Both the position numbers and the translations under genes were made by a program. 55,678 nucleotides of DNA from Gammaproteobacteria bacterium. GTDB lineage: Bacteria; Pseudomonadota; Gammaproteobacteria; JACCYU01. The notes beneath the pieces were generated by a model that was not told where the DNA came from, did no database searches, and was given only the letters and a program-made list of their open reading frames with translations. The stretch lies in assembly GCA_013696315.1 (NCBI GenBank), contig JACCYU010000078.1, forward strand, positions 1-55,678, read 5' to 3'. Shown here piece by piece: positions 10,347 to 18,335 of this stretch; the stretch's first letter is position 1; the number at the start of each line of letters is the position of its first letter.

Positions 10347-10589
10347 ATGGCCGAATATCGCTTTACTGAATATTTTAACGTACAAGTCCTCCGCAAGCGG
10401 CCATTCCTCAAAAAGGAGTGGTGCATTTACGTTCTGGAAAATGCGGTGCGCGCTGAGCCCCAAGAGCACAATCGATTTCGCTTCTGGGCGGCAGTGCCCG
10501 CGCTTGGCGGCCGATGCTTGAGGGTTATCACGCTTGGGGATAAGGTACCTATTCATAACGCTTTCCCGGTCCGAAAGTTCAAGCCATGA
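10347..10589 (+). CDS. DUF4258-like small protein (putative toxin of a DUF4258/DUF2283 pair)
   Basis: Internal ATG 10347 of track ORF 10230..10589: MAEYRFTEYFNVQVLRKRPFLKKEWC...GGRCLRVITLGDKVPIHNAFPVRKFKP. The L-R-V-(I/V)-T and IHNAF ending match my memory of this family. 4-nt ATGA overlap with the next gene. Confidence 0.6.
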   Translation: MAEYRFTEYFNVQVLRKRPFLKKEWCIYVLENAVRAEPQEHNRFRFWAAVPALGGRCLRVITLGDKVPIHNAFPVRKFKP

Positions 10590-10804
10590 AACTCAATTAC
10601 TATCCTGAAACGGATTCGCTCTATATCGATCTCTCCGAACAGCTCAGCTCAGAGAGCCGGGAGATCTCGGAGGGTGTCGTGCTTGATTATGACGCCCGGG
10701 GAAACCTCGTTGGTATCGACATCGACAATGCCAGCACCAAGGTTGAGCTGAAAGAACTCATCCTCAGCAAGCTACCGGGAAAGGTCGAAATGGTGGCCGC
10801 CTGA
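10586..10804 (+). CDS. DUF2283 domain protein (putative antitoxin partner)
   Basis: 72 aa. MKLNYYPETDSLYIDLSE...VLDYDARGNLVGIDIDNAS is the canonical DUF2283 pattern. Confidence 0.8.
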   Translation: MKLNYYPETDSLYIDLSEQLSSESREISEGVVLDYDARGNLVGIDIDNASTKVELKELILSKLPGKVEMVAA

Positions 10805-11063
10805 CATCGCGCTCTACGGCCGGCTGTCGGTGAGGTCGACGTCATGATCTATGGCGCCGCGCGCTGGCATCGGCATATCGCGAGTCAGATAACGGCAAGT
10901 CGGCGGCGTGAAGGCGTAATTATGTCGCGGGCTGTCTGTAGCCGAGATCGGCCGCTAAAGCTATTCAACATGTAGTTGCAGAGCATGTGGAGGATGCCCA
11001 TCCGTACCAGGTTCGACAAGTGCGAGCGGTGGTTCTGAAATACCACTTAGCGAGTGAACTGTA

Positions 11064-11276
11064 ATGTATCGATACGAGACAATTATCTAATGGAGCGAGG
11101 AAGATCAGTCGTTTATTGCGGAGGCGCCAGAGTTGCCGGGTTGCATGGCGCATGGAGCGTCTCAAGAAGCTGCTTTGGCGAATGCGAAAGATGCAATTCA
11201 ATTGTGGCTGGACACCGCGAAGGAATTCGGCGATCCAATACCAGAACCTAAAGGCCGGCGCCTGATCTATGCTTAA
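11064..11276 (+). pseudogene. hicB: HicB-family antitoxin with an in-frame TAA at codon 9
   Basis: My own translation gives MYRYETII*WSEEDQSFIAEAPELPGCMAHGASQEAALANAKDAIQLWLDTAKEFGDPIPEPKGRRLIYA*. The TAA at 11088-11090 sits where the family has Tyr (IIYWSEEDQ). Confidence 0.7.
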
Positions 11277-11348
11277 AGCACTGCCGGGTGCGAGGACTCG
11301 TGCATCAGTATAGATTCGATATTACGAAAGCATCACCGACGACAGGCT

Positions 11349-11555
11349 ATGCATATCCTGACTATTTCTTCCAAGTTCCAGGTCGTTATCCGTAAAGAAG
11401 TTCGCGAATCTCTCAAGCTCCCTCCCGGCCAGAAGGTTCAAATCGTCCTGTTGGAAAACCGGACCGAGCTTATTCCCGTGCGCCCGCTCACGGAGATGAA
11501 GGGCTTTCTCAAAGGCATCGATACCGACGTTCCGAGAGAGCAAGACAGGACGTGA
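11349..11555 (+). CDS. vapB: AbrB/MazE/SpoVT-type antitoxin (VapB-like)
   Basis: 68 aa. MHILTISSKFQVVIRKEVRESLKLPPGQKVQIV is a typical SpoVT-AbrB swapped-hairpin N-terminus. It lies directly upstream of a PIN-like ORF. Confidence 0.8.
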   Translation: MHILTISSKFQVVIRKEVRESLKLPPGQKVQIVLLENRTELIPVRPLTEMKGFLKGIDTDVPREQDRT

Positions 11556-11921
11556 ATGTTGTCGTCGGGTTGGCTTGAGTATTTCGCATCTGGGCCTAAT
11601 GCCGATTTTCTTCGCAACCGCCATAAAGCCGACGGAGGAACTTCTTGTCCCGACTGCAAGCCTCTACGAAATTTTTTTAAACGTATTCTTCAGCAGCGCG
11701 GTGAAGGCGACGCCTTGCAAGCGGTTGCGCTGATGCAGCAAGGCATTGTTGTCGTGCCCACGGCTTCCCTGGCCTTAACCACCGCGCGGCTGAGCTGTGG
11801 GGAGTTGGCCTTGGCTCTCGTCTGGCTGATCATAGGTCAGCCTAAAATTGCAGGTGAAGAATTTATTCTGCTCGTGACCGGAATGATTGATATGACCGTT
11901 GGCTTAGACGACACTCTATAG
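11552..11921 (+). pseudogene. vapC: PIN-domain VapC-like toxin, apparently decayed
   Basis: SGWLEYFASGPNAD and KRILQQRGEGDALQAVALMQQG match a VapC subfamily. The GTG(11552) frame stops after 8 codons. The ATG(11556) frame lacks the N-terminal catalytic Asp. Between T-runs 11606-11609 and 11672-11678 the family-like sequence FFATAIKPTEELLVPTASLYEIF is in the +1 frame. The C-terminal third is unlike the family. Confidence 0.6.
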
Positions 11922-12183
11922 CTCAACTTGTCGTCTATATTTGGTAGGAGGTTTTGTGGCCTAAACAGCAACGGAAAGCTCGCATTCCAAAATTATGCGC
12001 CTATATGCGTGTTTCTTGGTATTGGTGTGTCGTAGATAAGGCACCTTTGCAGTAGAAGATGTACCACATCGAGCTAATTTCAACGCCTGTATTGCGGAAA
12101 TGCGGGATCGAGAACGTACCGTCGATAAAAATAATAAATGCGGCCAGTAGCGGAGAGGGGCTTGAAGGCGGTGGAGAACCGTA

Positions 12184-13692
12184 GTGGGTTTTGCGGAGTT
12201 GCTACATGAAGTCGACCGGTTAGCGGCCTGCGGTCAGTTGCGGGCAGCGGCCGAAGTCTTGGAGGAGTCAATCGCCCAATCGGGCCGCGATCCGCGTCTT
12301 CTGCGGGCACTTGGCCGGTTGTATCTGCTTGAGCATCGCGCCCACAATGCTGTCAGTATCCTACAAGAAGCCCTCGAACTTCAGCAGCGTGGTCGAATTC
12401 ACGCGTTTCAGGTCGGGCACGAGGAAGTGTCTGCTTTGGACATGGATTACTTAGCAGAACAGGATAGCGCCGCAAGTGGGGTGCGGCTTCAGGAACACGT
12501 CAGCCAGCAGATCCTCGATCAGTCGTCAGATCAGCCCGTAAGTCGGGGCTTGATCGAAATCCAACGCGGTCCGGACACGCTAAGTGTTTCCAATTATCCT
12601 CCGCAACCTGCCTCGCGTTTCGACAGCACCCCCGGTGACCACCAGAGCGATTCACCGAACGACACTTCGTGCCTGCAACAAGACCTCGATGTGCCTTTCG
12701 AGAATGAGCGTCAAATGCGGATCGCGGAGACAAAGATGGCCGCCCTCAGCCTTGATGCATTCAAGGAGGCACTTTACCCGCAAGGCGAGCTCGACTTTGA
12801 GGTTGATGACGAACAAGTCCTGCCCGCATTCGACGATGTTGAATTTCAAGAGTTTCCTGAAGAGCTTGCGTCTCAGAGCGCGTTCTACTACCCGTCCGAC
12901 CAGACCGACGAAGTTGATCCCTACCTAGTCGACATTGAAGAGCTGATCGACGACATCTCAGAAGACGCTGATGAGGAACCTTTACCCCGGGGCGTCACGC
13001 GAGAGCAACGCGCGTTACAAGTCGCCGCAGAATTTCTTGAGCGAGTCGGCTGGGATCGAGAGCACCTACGTCCTTTGCAAGACTTCTTCGTTCGATACGG
13101 CTGGTCCATGGCGCGCGTCGCGCTGGAGAGAGAAATTGAAAAAGGACTCGATCCAGAAGAGTTCCCCATTGCCCTCAGACTGAGAGAAATCTGGGCGGAA
13201 AACGAGCGCTACTGGACGGCATTCTTCTATCCGCCTCAAGCCAAAGATTGCTACCGAGTCATGTCATGGTCGATGGCGATTCTGATCGTTCGCTCCGTCC
13301 CCGGTATTCCGTTCGAGGAGGAACTTGAGCTGTTTGTCGAGAACGAGTTCGATACCTGGTACAGCAGCGACAGTCTTCGTCGTCAGTTCTGCGCGTTCAT
13401 CAAGTATCTCTATTTCCGCGTCGCAGGCGGCAATTGGACGCTGCACCCTTTCTGTCCGGTCAACTTCCCAGAACCTCGTTCAGAAGATTTTGATGATGCG
13501 TCTGATCTAGGATTGACGGATTTGGTGGGTGCCGAAAGACGAAGCATCTTGATGCGATTGGGGGTGCGAATCCATCAATCGAGTACTGATCTAGATTCTC
13601 GTTACACTGGGCATCCGCACATATTGGCGGCAATAGCGCAGGGCGACTACACCGGTCGTGACCATATTACACGGAGCCTAGAAGATGAATGA
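12184..13692 (+). CDS. hypothetical protein: helical/TPR-like N-terminus, extremely acidic middle, unrecognised C-terminal domain
   Basis: 502-aa ORF with a GTG start, preceded by 262 bp of AT-rich non-coding DNA. Residues 201-266 have 26 D/E and no K/R. Its stop overlaps the start of the SNF2 gene by 8 nt (ATGAATGA). Confidence 0.7.
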   Translation: MGFAELLHEVDRLAACGQLRAAAEVLEESIAQSGRDPRLLRALGRLYLLEHRAHNAVSILQEALELQQRGRIHAFQVGHEEVSALDMDYLAEQDSAASGVRLQEHVSQQILDQSSDQPVSRGLIEIQRGPDTLSVSNYPPQPASRFDSTPGDHQSDSPNDTSCLQQDLDVPFENERQMRIAETKMAALSLDAFKEALYPQGELDFEVDDEQVLPAFDDVEFQEFPEELASQSAFYYPSDQTDEVDPYLVDIEELIDDISEDADEEPLPRGVTREQRALQVAAEFLERVGWDREHLRPLQDFFVRYGWSMARVALEREIEKGLDPEEFPIALRLREIWAENERYWTAFFYPPQAKDCYRVMSWSMAILIVRSVPGIPFEEELELFVENEFDTWYSSDSLRRQFCAFIKYLYFRVAGGNWTLHPFCPVNFPEPRSEDFDDASDLGLTDLVGAERRSILMRLGVRIHQSSTDLDSRYTGHPHILAAIAQGDYTGRDHITRSLEDE

Positions 13693-16504
13693 CCTACCAC
13701 TACCAGTATCCGGTTGCTGGGTGCGTGATCGAGAGGAGGGTCGCGCAGACCGACTTGGTATAGTCCGCATGACCGTTCCGCATGATAACGACCCGAAGGC
13801 CAAGGTCGAGTGGTTGAAACCGGATCGCCGGCAATCAATAGTGCCCGTTTCCCAGCTCAGCTGCGGGTTCGGGCTCCGCATGGAGGTGCTTGAAGCGGGC
13901 GGTGGGACTGGGCGCCAGTCGCTGGGTTACGGAGGGATCATCGGCCTGCGAAAACTGGGCAACCGCGAGCAGGTGCTTGTCGACTTCCCGGAGACAGGCA
14001 AGCGCGCATGGCTGCCATATCAGAACCTACGACAGGTCAAGGGCCCGCGTCACCGGTTCATTACGGGTGATACTGGAGACAAAGACTCTCCTGAGCGATT
14101 CAGGCTGAAGGTGCTGGCTCACGCTCTAGAGATTTGGAACGAGAACACCGGAGCTCTGTCGCACCTCGACATAGACCCGCTGCCCCACCAAATCCACCTC
14201 GTTCATCACATTCTCGCCTCGGGCAATCTCAATTGGCTTATCGCCGACGACGTCGGTCTCGGCAAGACGATCGAAATGGGGATGCTGCTGGCCGCGCTGC
14301 AGCAGCGCGAACTGTTAGGTCGAGTGCTACTCATCACGCCGGCTGGTCTCACTAAGCAATGGAAGGACGAGCTCTACTACAAGTTTGGTTTTGAAGGCTT
14401 TGAAATCTACGGCGAGGACTTTTTCATCAACGAGCCTCGCCAGTGGAAGATGCACGACTTCGTCATCGGCTCCATGGATAAACTCAAGCAGGAGACCGAT
14501 CTAAACAGTCTTCTGCATGCGCCGAATTGGGACCTGGTGATCGTGGATGAGGGCCACCGTCTGAGCCGCAGGCAATATGGCATGCGCTACGACTACTCGG
14601 AGCGATTCCAACTTGCACAGGTACTCCGAAGCAGAACCCGCTCGATTGTCCTGCTTACTGCCACGCCGCATCAAGGTATGCAGGACAAATTTATCGCGCT
14701 ACTCGAATTGCTTCGTCCAGAACGCAAAGAGGAGTTACAAACGCTCACGCTTAACCCTGAGATCATTAGCGAGATGGTCTACCGAAATTACAAAGCCGAT
14801 GTGACCGATGCCGTGGGCAACTTCGTCTTTAAGGGCAAGCAGACTCGCACAATTCGAGTGCATCCCAGCGAACAGGCTGTGACGTTCGACCGAGCCCTGC
14901 AGAAGTACCTTCGGCGCGGCTATGCGGCAGGCGGAAACACCGGCGGCACGGCCGGGCGCGCAATTGGGTTCGTGATGACCATCTACCGCAAGCTCGCCGC
15001 GTCTAGTTCGGCGGCGATACTCAACGCGCTCCTAAGACGTAGAGAGCGACTGATTAATGCAAGCGGTGGACAAACTGAAGAGCTGCCGATTGACGAACGT
15101 TATGCCGGCGAATGGGAAGAGCAACAAGAAGCTACGGGGCGAGCATTTTTTGAAGGCGAACTTGCGCTATTAGACCAGCTCATTCAGGGCGCCAAGAGCC
15201 TAAAGCAGCATGACAATAAGCTGTGTGGATTCTGCGACCAGATCATCGGCCAGATCTTGGTCAGCAACCCAAAGGAAAGGGTTTTGATCTTCACTGAGTA
15301 TCGCGGCACTCAGGACTATCTTCGGGAAGAACTCGTGGAGCGGTATGGTGAGCAATGCGTGAGGCTCATACACGGCTCGATGGATCACGAGGAGCGGCGA
15401 CAAGCAATCCAGTATTTCGAGGCAGAGGGCCAGTTCCTGATCTCAACGGAGGCGGGCGGCGAAGGAATCAACCTCCAGCGCCGCTGCCACGTGATGGTGA
15501 ACTACGACTTGCCATGGAATCCTATGCGGCTCGTTCAGCGCGTCGGTCGTCTCTACCGATATGGCCAGGAGATGCCCGTCGTTGTGTTCAACCTCCATGT
15601 AACCGGGACGGTGGACGAAGACATCATTGATCTCATGTATCGACGGCTAAACGCGGTCGTGGCCGATCTGGCGACGGTGTCTCGGCACGAATATAACGAG
15701 CGGCTGGCAGAAGACGTCCTCGGCGAGGTGGCGGAACTGCTCGACGTCGGGACCGTATTAGTGGCAGCAACGGAATCGGGCATTCAGCGGACTCAGCAAC
15801 GTATCGATGAAGCCCTTAAAAAAGCCCGCGGGTCAGCACAGAAGCAGCGCGAGCTATTTGAGCATGCCGCGCGGTACGATGAGGAAGAGTTGGCTGAGAA
15901 TTTACAGATCACTGATCAACACGTCCAAGCGTTTGTGTTCGGCATGTTTAGGCTTATAGGCGTGGAGATCATAGAGATGCTCCACAACAACAAAGTGCTC
16001 AAGATTCGCCTGCCGGACGCCATCCGAAACGAGCTCGGCATGAAGGCGGCGCGTATGGACATTACCTTCGACCGCCTGCTGGCGTCGAATCGCGCTAACA
16101 CTACAATGATGGACCTGACTGCACCGTTCATGACCTATCTAGTGCGCGTGGCAAAGTCCTACGACTTCGGGGGACAATGCGCAGTCATTAAGGCGCTTAC
16201 CGGTGAGTCTGTTCTCACGGCATTATTGCGCTGGCAGGACGATCAGGGTCGGCGCATGCGGCAGTCTTTTAGCGTGTTCAGGCTGGACGGACAATCCGTG
16301 GAAACCAACCCTGCCGAGTTTGGCGTCTGGCTGCTGAGTGAAGCCGTGTCAGGCCATGCTGAGGTCACCCGAGAGCGAAACGAGTCCCTGATGAAACTGG
16401 CCGAGCGTGCCGCCAACGAGGCTCTTGCAGCCGCCAGTAATCGGTATTTGCATCCCGAGAATCTTCAGTGGCTGGCAGGCGGTTGGTTAGCTGTATCAGA
16501 ATAA
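13685..16504 (+). CDS. SNF2-family ATPase/helicase with RapA(HepA)-like architecture
   Basis: 939 aa. Motifs seen: LPHQ; Walker A ADDVGLGKT (14255-14269 covers GLGKT); DEGH (14546-14557); LLTATPHQG; FLISTEAGGEGINLQ; NYDLPWNPMRLVQRVGRLYRYGQ. The N-terminal ~120 aa form two Tudor/SH3-like repeats, with LGYGGIIGL...VLVDFPETGKRAWLPYQNLRQV resembling the RapA N-terminus. The C-terminal region contains ITFDR, as RapA does. Confidence 0.88.
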   Translation: MNDLPLPVSGCWVRDREEGRADRLGIVRMTVPHDNDPKAKVEWLKPDRRQSIVPVSQLSCGFGLRMEVLEAGGGTGRQSLGYGGIIGLRKLGNREQVLVDFPETGKRAWLPYQNLRQVKGPRHRFITGDTGDKDSPERFRLKVLAHALEIWNENTGALSHLDIDPLPHQIHLVHHILASGNLNWLIADDVGLGKTIEMGMLLAALQQRELLGRVLLITPAGLTKQWKDELYYKFGFEGFEIYGEDFFINEPRQWKMHDFVIGSMDKLKQETDLNSLLHAPNWDLVIVDEGHRLSRRQYGMRYDYSERFQLAQVLRSRTRSIVLLTATPHQGMQDKFIALLELLRPERKEELQTLTLNPEIISEMVYRNYKADVTDAVGNFVFKGKQTRTIRVHPSEQAVTFDRALQKYLRRGYAAGGNTGGTAGRAIGFVMTIYRKLAASSSAAILNALLRRRERLINASGGQTEELPIDERYAGEWEEQQEATGRAFFEGELALLDQLIQGAKSLKQHDNKLCGFCDQIIGQILVSNPKERVLIFTEYRGTQDYLREELVERYGEQCVRLIHGSMDHEERRQAIQYFEAEGQFLISTEAGGEGINLQRRCHVMVNYDLPWNPMRLVQRVGRLYRYGQEMPVVVFNLHVTGTVDEDIIDLMYRRLNAVVADLATVSRHEYNERLAEDVLGEVAELLDVGTVLVAATESGIQRTQQRIDEALKKARGSAQKQRELFEHAARYDEEELAENLQITDQHVQAFVFGMFRLIGVEIIEMLHNNKVLKIRLPDAIRNELGMKAARMDITFDRLLASNRANTTMMDLTAPFMTYLVRVAKSYDFGGQCAVIKALTGESVLTALLRWQDDQGRRMRQSFSVFRLDGQSVETNPAEFGVWLLSEAVSGHAEVTRERNESLMKLAERAANEALAAASNRYLHPENLQWLAGGWLAVSE

Positions 16505-16780
16505 AGGATGCTGGTTAGAAAGCAGCACGAACGAGAAGACAAAAGGGGACGTCATAGTCATCGTATCGGCGCTGCTCAGTCGCGCTTTGCCCGTCGATAC
16601 GTTTAATGTGCTCTTGGCTGTCCGTCAGCAATAAGCCTCGCCCTCAAACCGTCGGCACAGTGGTAGGTGAGTGCCGGCTGCGTGTTAGGTGGCTTGCAGC
16701 AGACTGAATGGGAGCGTTAAGCTTCTAGCTGATAGCTGGGCCGGTCATCTCAGTCGCGCCTGCCCGCGAGCGCTCCCATT

Positions 16781-16808
16781 CGATCATGCGCGTCCGATCA
16801 TGCGCGTC
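16781..16808. repeat. perfect 14-bp tandem duplication (CGATCATGCGCGTC x2)
   Basis: Read directly: 16781-16794 equals 16795-16808. It lies about 100 bp upstream of hldE. Confidence 0.95.
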
Positions 16809-16902
16809 GCGGCTGCGCTTGAATTACGCGATCGCTTCGTCCAGTGGCCTGAGAACAATCGATCGTATAAGCTGATTCCGCTTAACCGAACCCACTGACT
16901 GC

Positions 16903-18330
16903 ATGCGACTTTCAATTCCGGGTTTCTCTAACGCCCGAGTGCTGGTGGTCGGCGACCTGATGCTTGACCGCTACTGGTATGGCGCGACCTCCCGGATCTC
17001 ACCCGAGGCGCCGGTGCCGGTCATCAATGTCGGCGAGGAGGAAGAGCGTGCGGGCGGCGCGGGCAATGTAGCGCTGAATGTTGCGGCACTGGGCGGCGCC
17101 GTTACCCTGATCGGCTTCACCGGTGACGATCAGGCGGCGACCTCGCTCAAGGCGCTGCTGGAACGCGACGGCGTGCGCTGTCATTTCATCACTGTCGCAC
17201 AGCGCACGACCAGCACCAAGTTGCGCGTGATCAGCCGCCATCAGCAGTTGATCCGCCTGGATTTCGAGGATGGTTTCGCGGATGTCGATCAGGCAGCGCT
17301 TGCAGGCTCGTACACGCGCAACCTGGCGACGCATGATCTCGTGATCCTGTCCGATTACGGTAAAGGCGCCTTACGCGACGTTAAATCGCTCATTGAACAT
17401 GCTCGGCGTGCCGGCAAGCCGGTGTTGGTCGATCCGAAAGGTGCGGATTTCGGACGCTATCGCGGCGCCACAGCCATCACTCCGAATCAGGCCGAATTCG
17501 AGGCGGTGACGGGAATTTGCGCGAACGACGTTGAGATGACCGCGAAAGGGCAGCGTCTGCTCGCCGATCTCGAGCTGGAGGCGCTGCTCGTTACTCGCAG
17601 CGAAAAAGGCATGCTTTTGTTGCGTGTCGGCTCGCCGCCGCTGGCATTTCCCACTCATGCCAGCGATGTATTCGACGTCACGGGCGCCGGCGATACCGTG
17701 ATCGGCGTGCTGGGCGCAGCGCTCGCGGTCGGGACGTCTATGCCGGAGGCGGTCGCGCTTGCGAACCTGGCGGCTGGTGTGGTGGTGCGCAAGCTCGGCA
17801 CGGCCACCGCGTCTTTGCGCGAACTTCAGACCGCGATGCTGAAGCATGAGCCCCTGCAACGCGGCCTGGTGACCGAAGTAGCGCTGGTGGCGTTGCTGGA
17901 GAAGGCGCGCGCCAGCGGCGAGAGAGTGGTGATGACCAACGGGTGTTTCGATATCCTGCACGCGGGTCACGTGGCTTATCTCTCGCAGGCCGCGCAGCGG
18001 GGTGATCGGCTGGTGGTGGCGGTTAACGATGACGACTCGGTGCGACGCCTGAAGGGGTCGAATCGGCCGGTCAATCCGCTGATGCAGCGCATGGCGGTGC
18101 TGGCCGGGCTGGAAAGCGTAGACTGGGTGGTCTCGTTTGCCGAGGATACGCCGCGGCGGCTGATCGAGGCGTTGAGTCCCGACACTCTAGTCAAGGGCGG
18201 CGATTATCGACCGGACGACGTGGAGGGCGGCGACTGGGTGCGCGCGCACGGCGGCGAGGTCATCGTATTGGATTACATCGACGGGTGTTCCACCAGCGCG
18301 ATCATCGCCGCCATACGCAAAGGCATCTGA
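16903..18330 (+). CDS. hldE: bifunctional D-beta-D-heptose 7-phosphate kinase / heptose 1-phosphate adenylyltransferase
   Basis: 475 aa. Ribokinase-like N-domain (DVTGAGDTV) plus cytidylyltransferase C-domain ([12 protein letters not shown]). Confidence 0.95.
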   Translation: MRLSIPGFSNARVLVVGDLMLDRYWYGATSRISPEAPVPVINVGEEEERAGGAGNVALNVAALGGAVTLIGFTGDDQAATSLKALLERDGVRCHFITVAQRTTSTKLRVISRHQQLIRLDFEDGFADVDQAALAGSYTRNLATHDLVILSDYGKGALRDVKSLIEHARRAGKPVLVDPKGADFGRYRGATAITPNQAEFEAVTGICANDVEMTAKGQRLLADLELEALLVTRSEKGMLLLRVGSPPLAFPTHASDVFDVTGAGDTVIGVLGAALAVGTSMPEAVALANLAAGVVVRKLGTATASLRELQTAMLKHEPLQRGLVTEVALVALLEKARASGERVVMTNGCFDILHAGHVAYLSQAAQRGDRLVVAVNDDDSVRRLKGSNRPVNPLMQRMAVLAGLESVDWVVSFAEDTPRRLIEALSPDTLVKGGDYRPDDVEGGDWVRAHGGEVIVLDYIDGCSTSAIIAAIRKGI

Positions 18331-18335
18331 AACGC

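Noticed and set aside
10224-16735. A 10-bp near-repeat, TAGCTGATGG (10224-10233) and TAGCTGATAG (16726-16735), flanks the islet and could be att-like direct repeats.
   Set aside because: A 9-of-10 match between two flanks of ~130-400 bp is expected about once by chance, by my rough estimate. There is also no integrase or tRNA to support site-specific integration.
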